DNA from: Mycolicibacterium smegmatis
GTDB taxonomy: Bacteria; Actinomycetota; Actinomycetes; Mycobacteriales; Mycobacteriaceae
Length of the DNA: 32,000 nucleotides
Assembly (NCBI RefSeq): GCF_001457595.1
Contig: NZ_LN831039.1
Coordinates: forward strand, 4,530,001 to 4,562,000
Reading direction: 5' to 3'
In this document: positions 26,761-32,000 of the stretch, piece after piece
Layout: every line of letters starts with the position of its first letter
Position numbering within the stretch: the first letter of the stretch is position 1
The notes under the pieces: generated by a model
The model's input: the letters and a program-made list of their open reading frames with translations, nothing else
Database searches by the model: none
What the model was told of the DNA's origin: nothing
Program-made: the position numbers and the translations under genes

Positions 26761-28683
26761 ATGACCACCACCGCCGAACATCTGCGCAACGCACTCGACG
26801 GGCGCTGGCGCGACGTCAAGAACGCCATGCGGGAGAACCTGTCCAACGAGGTCTTCCGGCCCCACTACACCCCCAACACCGCGATCGCCCGCGCGAAGGT
26901 CGCCGAGCAACTCAAGATCATGGCCGCGGCGGGTGCGGCCGAAGACGGGTTCCGCAAGGAGCACGGCGGCAACGGCAACGTCGGAGCGGCCATCGCCCAG
27001 ATCGAGATGCTCGCCATGAGCGATCTGTCGCTGATGGTCAAGGCCGGTGTGCAGTGGGGCCTGTTCGGCGGGGCCATCGAGAACCTGGGCACCGAGCGCC
27101 ACCACCAGGCCTACGTGCGCCGCATCATCGACCTGGACCTGCTGGGCTGTTTCGCGATGACCGAGACCGGCCACGGCAGCGACGTGCAGTCCATCGAGAC
27201 CACGGCCACCTACGATCCGGCGACGCAGGAGTTCGTGATCCACTCGCCCACGCCGACCGCACGCAAGGACTACATCGGCGGTGCAGCCGAGACCGCCCGC
27301 GTGGCAGCGGTATTCGCGCAGTTGATCACCCCCGACGGCATGAACCACGGCGTGCACTGCCTGGTGGTGCCCATCCGCGACGACGAGGGCAACGACCTTC
27401 CCGGAGTGACCACGTCGGACTGTCACTACAAGGGCGGACTGCCCGGTGTGGACAACGGCCGCATCGTGTTCGACCACGTGCGCGTTCCGCGTGAGAACCT
27501 GCTGAACCGTTACGCCGACGTCTCACCCGAGGGGGTCTACTCCTCACCGATCGAGAACCCGGGCCGTCGGTTCTTCACGATGCTGGGCACGCTGATCCGG
27601 GGCCGCGTCACCGTGGGCGGCAGCGCGGCCGCCGCGGCCCGCGTCGCACTGGACATCGCGACGCGATATGCGTTGCAGCGCACGCAGTTCAGCGCACCGG
27701 ACGACGAACATGAAGTCGTCATCATGGATTACCTGGTGCATCAGCGCCGCCTGCTGCCGTTGATCGCGAAATCCTATGCGCTGCAGTTCGCCCAGAACGA
27801 GCTGGTGGCCAAATGCCACGAGCTGCAGACCTCCGACGATCCCGACCCCGAGGAGCAGCGCGAGCTTGAGGCACGCGCGGCGGGCCTCAAGGCCGCCAAC
27901 ACCTGGCACGCCAGCACCGCCATCCAGGAGGCCCGTGAAGCCTGCGGCGGCGCAGGGTATCTGGCCGAGAACCGGCTGATCGCGCTGCGCGCCGACACCG
28001 ACGTGTTCACCACGTTCGAGGGCGACAACCATGTGCTGACCCAGCTGGTCGCCAAGGAACTGCTCACCGCGTACGCCGACGACATCAAGGGCATGAGCCC
28101 GGTCGAGTGGGTGCGCTTCGCGGCCAACTTCGCCGGCGAGCGCGTGCTCAAACGCACTGCGGCGCAGACCATCATCCAGACCATCCTCGACACGCGCCAG
28201 GACAACGAGGAAGAGGGCAGCCTGTTCAACCGCGGCACCCAGATCAAGATGTTCGAGGACCGCGAGGAGTACATGGTGGCCTCGGTCGCCCGCAGGTTGC
28301 AGGGCAAGGCCAAGGAGATGTCGGCGTTCGACGCGTTCAACGCGGTGCAGGACCACGTGCTGCACGCCGCGCAGGCCCACATCGACCGGGTGATCCTCGA
28401 AGCGTTCGTCGCGGGCATCGACGCGTGCGAGGACGAGGCCGCGCGCGAGCTGCTGGCCGACGTGTGCGACCTCTACGCGCTGTCGGTCATCGAGGAGGAC
28501 AAGGCCTGGTTCATCGAGCACCGGTTCCTGTCGACCGAGCGCGCCAAGGCCGTCACGCGCGGCATCAACGAGCGCTGCCGCACGCTGCGACCGCACGCCG
28601 AGACACTCATCGACGGGTTCGGCATCCCCGAACAGCTGCGCTACGCGGCCATGCTCGACCCCGAAGAGCTTCTCAACGGCTAG
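26761..28683 (+). CDS. Acyl-CoA dehydrogenase/acyl-CoA oxidase-like flavoprotein
   Basis: Contains FAMTETGHGSDV, REACGGAGYLAENRL and the oxidase-like TFEGDNHVLTQLVAKELL. The longer ORF from 24727 is an open alternate frame, not the true start. Confidence 0.88.
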   Translation: MTTTAEHLRNALDGRWRDVKNAMRENLSNEVFRPHYTPNTAIARAKVAEQLKIMAAAGAAEDGFRKEHGGNGNVGAAIAQIEMLAMSDLSLMVKAGVQWGLFGGAIENLGTERHHQAYVRRIIDLDLLGCFAMTETGHGSDVQSIETTATYDPATQEFVIHSPTPTARKDYIGGAAETARVAAVFAQLITPDGMNHGVHCLVVPIRDDEGNDLPGVTTSDCHYKGGLPGVDNGRIVFDHVRVPRENLLNRYADVSPEGVYSSPIENPGRRFFTMLGTLIRGRVTVGGSAAAAARVALDIATRYALQRTQFSAPDDEHEVVIMDYLVHQRRLLPLIAKSYALQFAQNELVAKCHELQTSDDPDPEEQRELEARAAGLKAANTWHASTAIQEAREACGGAGYLAENRLIALRADTDVFTTFEGDNHVLTQLVAKELLTAYADDIKGMSPVEWVRFAANFAGERVLKRTAAQTIIQTILDTRQDNEEEGSLFNRGTQIKMFEDREEYMVASVARRLQGKAKEMSAFDAFNAVQDHVLHAAQAHIDRVILEAFVAGIDACEDEAARELLADVCDLYALSVIEEDKAWFIEHRFLSTERAKAVTRGINERCRTLRPHAETLIDGFGIPEQLRYAAMLDPEELLNG

Positions 28684-28689
28684 GCACGC

Positions 28690-29196
28690 TCACGGGGACG
28701 GAAGGGGATCGACGGCCACCAACCGGCCGTCGTCCCCGATCCGGAACCGCACCGTCGCGATCCCCGTCGGGGCCTCGGGGGTGTCCTCGCCCTGCTGCCA
28801 CTGGTAGTTCACCGTGACGGTGTCCTCACCGTTGTTCACCACGTTGATGTAGGGCCGCGGCTCCGGCGTCGCGGTGCCCAGCGGTGTCTGCCGGTCGAAG
28901 AACAGCAACTGCCCGACGCTGTTGGGCTGTGGATCGGTCAGCCCCACCTGTACCCAGTGCAACCGGCAGTCGGTGGTGTGGCCGTCGCGCACCTGCACCC
29001 ACTGCGAACCGCCGTGCGGCGCGGGCAGCTTGGCGATCTCCTGTGCCACCACCATGGGGTCGGGGCCGTCGGCCGCCGTGCACGTGTCCGGCGGTGGCGG
29101 CGGCGCCGACGACGGCCCCCATCCGCATCCCGCGGCCAGGAATCCGAGGGACACCACCACGACACTCAATCCGGGGCTCAACCTGGGCAACCGCAT
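28690..29196 (-). CDS. LppP/LprE-family lipoprotein
   Basis: Signal peptide with lipobox LAAGC, then PPPPPDTCTAADGPD...LLFFDRQTPLGTATPEPRPYINVV. Confidence 0.75.
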   Translation of the reverse strand: MRLPRLSPGLSVVVVSLGFLAAGCGWGPSSAPPPPPDTCTAADGPDPMVVAQEIAKLPAPHGGSQWVQVRDGHTTDCRLHWVQVGLTDPQPNSVGQLLFFDRQTPLGTATPEPRPYINVVNNGEDTVTVNYQWQQGEDTPEAPTGIATVRFRIGDDGRLVAVDPLPSP

Positions 29197-29340
29197 GGCG
29201 CCGAGCTTACGGGTGAGGCCCGACCGGCAGGGGCGGGCCCGCCGGGGACATCACGGCCGCACTATGTTGGTCCGGGACACAGTCATGATCGAAAGTGGCG
29301 CCGCCGATGAGGGCGACGCCACCTGACCGAGGAGACACAG

Positions 29341-29661
29341 ATGGCCTGGTTCCTAGCCATGGAGGGCCCCGCCAACAAGGCCGTGCTGTACCAACTGCAG
29401 GAATCGGTCGACACCGACAAGCTCGCCGAAGAGATGGTCAGCGCTGCGACGATCGATCGCGCCGTCGCGGTCCCGGCGATCCTGCAGAACAACAAACAGC
29501 ACGTGACCGTGTACGTCCGCCCCGCCGCGTGGGGCGTGTGGACCTTCTATCAGCTCAGCGACGAAGAGCGCCAGGCACTCGCCCAGGCCGCCAACCCGTT
29601 GGTGGAGGCGCTGGCGCAGGCCGCGCGACAGAACCAGGGCAAGAACCGCCCCCAGGCCTGA
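29341..29661 (+). CDS. Conserved hypothetical protein (106 aa)
   Basis: MAWFLAMEGPANKAVLYQLQESVDTDKLAEEMVSAATIDRAVAV...; well-formed ORF starting just after a GAGGAGACACAG ribosome-binding-like sequence. Confidence 0.7.
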   Translation: MAWFLAMEGPANKAVLYQLQESVDTDKLAEEMVSAATIDRAVAVPAILQNNKQHVTVYVRPAAWGVWTFYQLSDEERQALAQAANPLVEALAQAARQNQGKNRPQA

Positions 29662-29677
29662 TCCCGGTCGGCTCGTC

Positions 29678-31231
29678 TCAGCGCCGCGTCGCGCTCATGG
29701 TGAGCCGCACCACCCCGCGCAACGCCCACGGCGTGCGCTTCGCGACCGCCGCGACCGCGCGATCGGCGCGGCGCGTGGCGGTCCGCGCCGCGGGCGTCGG
29801 CTCGGCCGCCAGCAGCGCCTCGACAGATGCCGCGGGCGAACCACCACCTGCCCCGTCTCCGACCGCCAGCAGTTGCCACGTCCCCGGCACGCCCCGCAAC
29901 TCGACGTTGCCGCGGTCGGCGAAGCTGGTCCCCGATCCGACCACGAGATCGCGCACCGTGCGCGACACCAGGATCTCCCCCGCCCGGGCCTGGCCGAGGA
30001 TGCGCGCGGCGATGTGCACCGCGATACCCCCGATGTCGTCACCGAGCAGTTCGCACTCACCGGTGTGGATGGCCGCGCGGATCTGGATGCCCAGCGTCTC
30101 CGCGTCCGACCGCAGCGCCTCCGCGTAGCGGATGGCATGCGTCGGCCCCTCGAACGTGCTCAGGTGGCCGTCTCCGGTGCTCTTGACCACCACTCCGCCG
30201 AACCGGCCCGACAGTTCCTCGGTGACCTCACCGAACCGCTGCAGCACCGCACGCCACCGTTCGTCGCCGTTGGACGCGGCGTGCTGCGTGGACGCGACGA
30301 TGTCGGTGAACAACACGGTGCGCAGCGCGCGGTGTGAGTTGTGCGGCGCCGCATGGTTTCCCGTGACAAACTCCTCGATCTCGGTGAGGACGCGGTCGGC
30401 TTCGGTGAACCACGGTGCATGGTCGACGCCGTCGACCTCGAGCCAGCGCGCGCCCGGGATGTGGTCTGCGAGGTAACGGCTGCACTGCACCGGAACGGCC
30501 GGATCGTCACGCGCGTGGATGACGAGCGTGGGCGCCGCGATCGTGGGCAGGATGGGCCGCACGTCGATCCGGAACGCGGCCTCGAACGTCGCGCGCGCCA
30601 TACCCGGGCTCGCACACAGGCGCTCGAACATCCCCAGTTGGCGCATCGACCCCATCGACGGCATCGCGCACCGGACAGCCGCCCCGCTGCCCCACTGCCC
30701 GCGCACGGCCCTGGCCTGCTCCTGGAAATGGATCACCTGCTCGACCGTCGGCGCGTACTCGTCGCCCATCTCCGCGACGCTGCGCGCCCTGATGTCCACC
30801 GGGTCACCGTCGAGGTCCTCCCACCGGCAGCCGGCCATCGTCGCGAACGACCCGTACGCCACCAGAGTGCGCACACGCCCGGGCCGGTTGGCCGCGAACA
30901 GGATCGAGGCCGGACCCCCCTCGCTCATGGCGAGCACCACGGCGTCGTCGAAACCCACGGCATCCATGACCGCCTCGATCTCGGCCGCGCGGTCGTCGAG
31001 CGTGCGCACCTTCGGAACGGGATCGGACAGGCCGGTGCCTGCCTTGTCGAAGATCGCGACGCGACAGAACGAGGCGAGCTGATCGAAGAACGACTTGAAC
31101 TCGGGCACGGTCCAGAACAATTCGACGTGGCCCACGAAGGGCCCCACGAACACAAGCGGGATCGGCCCGTCGCCGAAGAGCTGATACGCCAGGCTCAGGT
31201 CGCCGCACGAGGCGTACGACGTCTCCGCCAC
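29678..31231 (-). CDS. Alpha/beta hydrolase fused to a class III adenylate/guanylate cyclase domain
   Basis: N-terminal hydrolase with nucleophile elbow AMSEGG, then cyclase domain TVLFTDIVASTQHAA...VVVKSTGDGHLSTF...IGGIAVHIAARI. GTG start at 31231. Confidence 0.9.
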   Translation of the reverse strand: MAETSYASCGDLSLAYQLFGDGPIPLVFVGPFVGHVELFWTVPEFKSFFDQLASFCRVAIFDKAGTGLSDPVPKVRTLDDRAAEIEAVMDAVGFDDAVVLAMSEGGPASILFAANRPGRVRTLVAYGSFATMAGCRWEDLDGDPVDIRARSVAEMGDEYAPTVEQVIHFQEQARAVRGQWGSGAAVRCAMPSMGSMRQLGMFERLCASPGMARATFEAAFRIDVRPILPTIAAPTLVIHARDDPAVPVQCSRYLADHIPGARWLEVDGVDHAPWFTEADRVLTEIEEFVTGNHAAPHNSHRALRTVLFTDIVASTQHAASNGDERWRAVLQRFGEVTEELSGRFGGVVVKSTGDGHLSTFEGPTHAIRYAEALRSDAETLGIQIRAAIHTGECELLGDDIGGIAVHIAARILGQARAGEILVSRTVRDLVVGSGTSFADRGNVELRGVPGTWQLLAVGDGAGGGSPAASVEALLAAEPTPAARTATRRADRAVAAVAKRTPWALRGVVRLTMSATRR

Positions 31232-31310
31232 AGGTTCGAGCGTAATTGACGCGCGACGATCCCAATACCTACGGAATTCGTGGATGGGATCGCGGCGCTG
31301 GGAGCTGTTG

Positions 31311-31383
<73 letters not shown>

Positions 31384-31526
31384 CTGCCTTTGCCTCGGAT
31401 CACCTCCGCGGCCGAGCGTTGACTCTAGCGTACGGACCGCCCTCGCCGCCAATTGCCTCCGGGCGGGCGCGTCGGCACCGCGGTGAGGCAGGATGTAGAC
31501 ACAACTCTTCGTCTGGGAGGAACGCT

Positions 31527-31796
31527 GTGATCCGCTACGCCGCCGTGATCGCTGTCGGCTACGTACTGGGCGCCAAGGCCGGACGACGCCGCTACGAACA
31601 GATCGCCAGCACCTATCGCGCCGTGACGTCCAACCCGGCGACGAGGGCCGTGATCGACGCGGGCAGGCGCAAGATCGCCAGCCGCGTGTCACCGGACCCG
31701 CAGTTCGTGACGATGACTCCCATCGACGCAGAAACGTCGGTGCTCTCCGTGGAGGATCGCACCGACGCTTCGGCGAAGTCCAAGCGCGGCTGGTAG
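31527..31796 (+). CDS. Small conserved mycobacterial-type protein (89 aa)
   Basis: GTG-start VIRYAAVIAVGYVLGAKAGRRRYEQIASTYRAVTSNPATRAVIDAGRRKIASRV; GGGAGG at 31516-31521 is a plausible ribosome-binding site. Confidence 0.75.
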   Translation: MIRYAAVIAVGYVLGAKAGRRRYEQIASTYRAVTSNPATRAVIDAGRRKIASRVSPDPQFVTMTPIDAETSVLSVEDRTDASAKSKRGW

Positions 31797-31817
31797 CCGC
31801 TCTGGTGGGTCCGGGCG

Positions 31818-32000
31818 CTAGCCGAGACCCTGGTTGATGGTCGTGCCGGGCAGCAGCGGGCCCGTGGTGAAACCGGGGTTGCCGCTGCCGGGCGCGCCGA
31901 CCGTGACCGGGCCGATGCCGCCACCGACGGGCGTGCCGTTCGAGTAGGACAGGCACTTGCCGTCTTCCTTGTTGCCGAACCACGCGAGGCAGGCCGGGGC
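31818..32000 (-). CDS. C-terminal fragment of a probable secreted protein (runs off the right edge)
   Basis: The reverse frame reads ...ACLAWFGNKEDGKCLSYSNGTPVGGGIGPVTVGAPGSGNPGFTTGPLLPGTTINQGLG*, with paired cysteines and a Gly/Pro-rich tail. Confidence 0.6.
   Translation of the reverse strand, partial: APACLAWFGNKEDGKCLSYSNGTPVGGGIGPVTVGAPGSGNPGFTTGPLLPGTTINQGLG

Noticed and set aside
24727-28683. A 1318-aa open reading frame
   Set aside because: It runs through the MFS gene in an alternate frame and antisense to the VIT1/CCC1-like gene before joining the true acyl-CoA dehydrogenase-like CDS in frame. Only the part from 26761 has family motifs; the rest is Arg/Ala/Pro-rich composition noise of GC-rich DNA.
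29232-29243. The palindrome GGCGGGCCCGCC
   Set aside because: It is a pure G/C palindrome of a type expected by chance in a roughly 68% GC genome and lacks a defined relationship to a promoter or terminator.

Overview
This 32-kb, GC-rich window is typical actinobacterial chromosome and most resembles a fast-growing Mycolicibacterium. The assignment rests on recognising protein families and gene order from memory; I ran no database search. I find no CRISPR array, transposase, rRNA or complete phage. From left to right it carries: a partial TetR regulator divergent from an alpha/beta hydrolase plus Baeyer-Villiger-type monooxygenase pair, with a duplicated palindromic operator between them; a CAT-anticodon tRNA; a small membrane protein; a threonine aldolase; a lipoprotein serine hydrolase; a CMD/AhpD-fold protein with a non-canonical motif; a tandem-duplicated Lrp/AsnC regulator; a compact cluster of NCS1 permease, ureohydrolase, TPP-dependent enzyme and sodium/solute symporter, which I interpret as a candidate guanidino-compound (2-ketoarginine/4-guanidinobutyrate) catabolic operon; TldE/TldD; a cutinase; a UspABC-like sugar ABC importer without its ATPase; an ECF-type transporter whose main gene fuses a membrane domain to two ATPase domains; a MarR/MFS pair with a clear palindromic operator; a VIT1/CCC1-like protein; an acyl-CoA dehydrogenase/oxidase-like protein; a LppP/LprE-like lipoprotein; an alpha/beta-hydrolase/adenylyl-cyclase fusion; tRNA-Asn(GTT); and two small or partial genes. 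The strongest candidates for follow-up are the guanidino-catabolism cluster, the two palindromic operators, a 31-codon ORF joined by ATGA overlaps at both ends inside the usp operon, and several active-site substitutions. Nothing here is demonstrably a new defence or mobile system.
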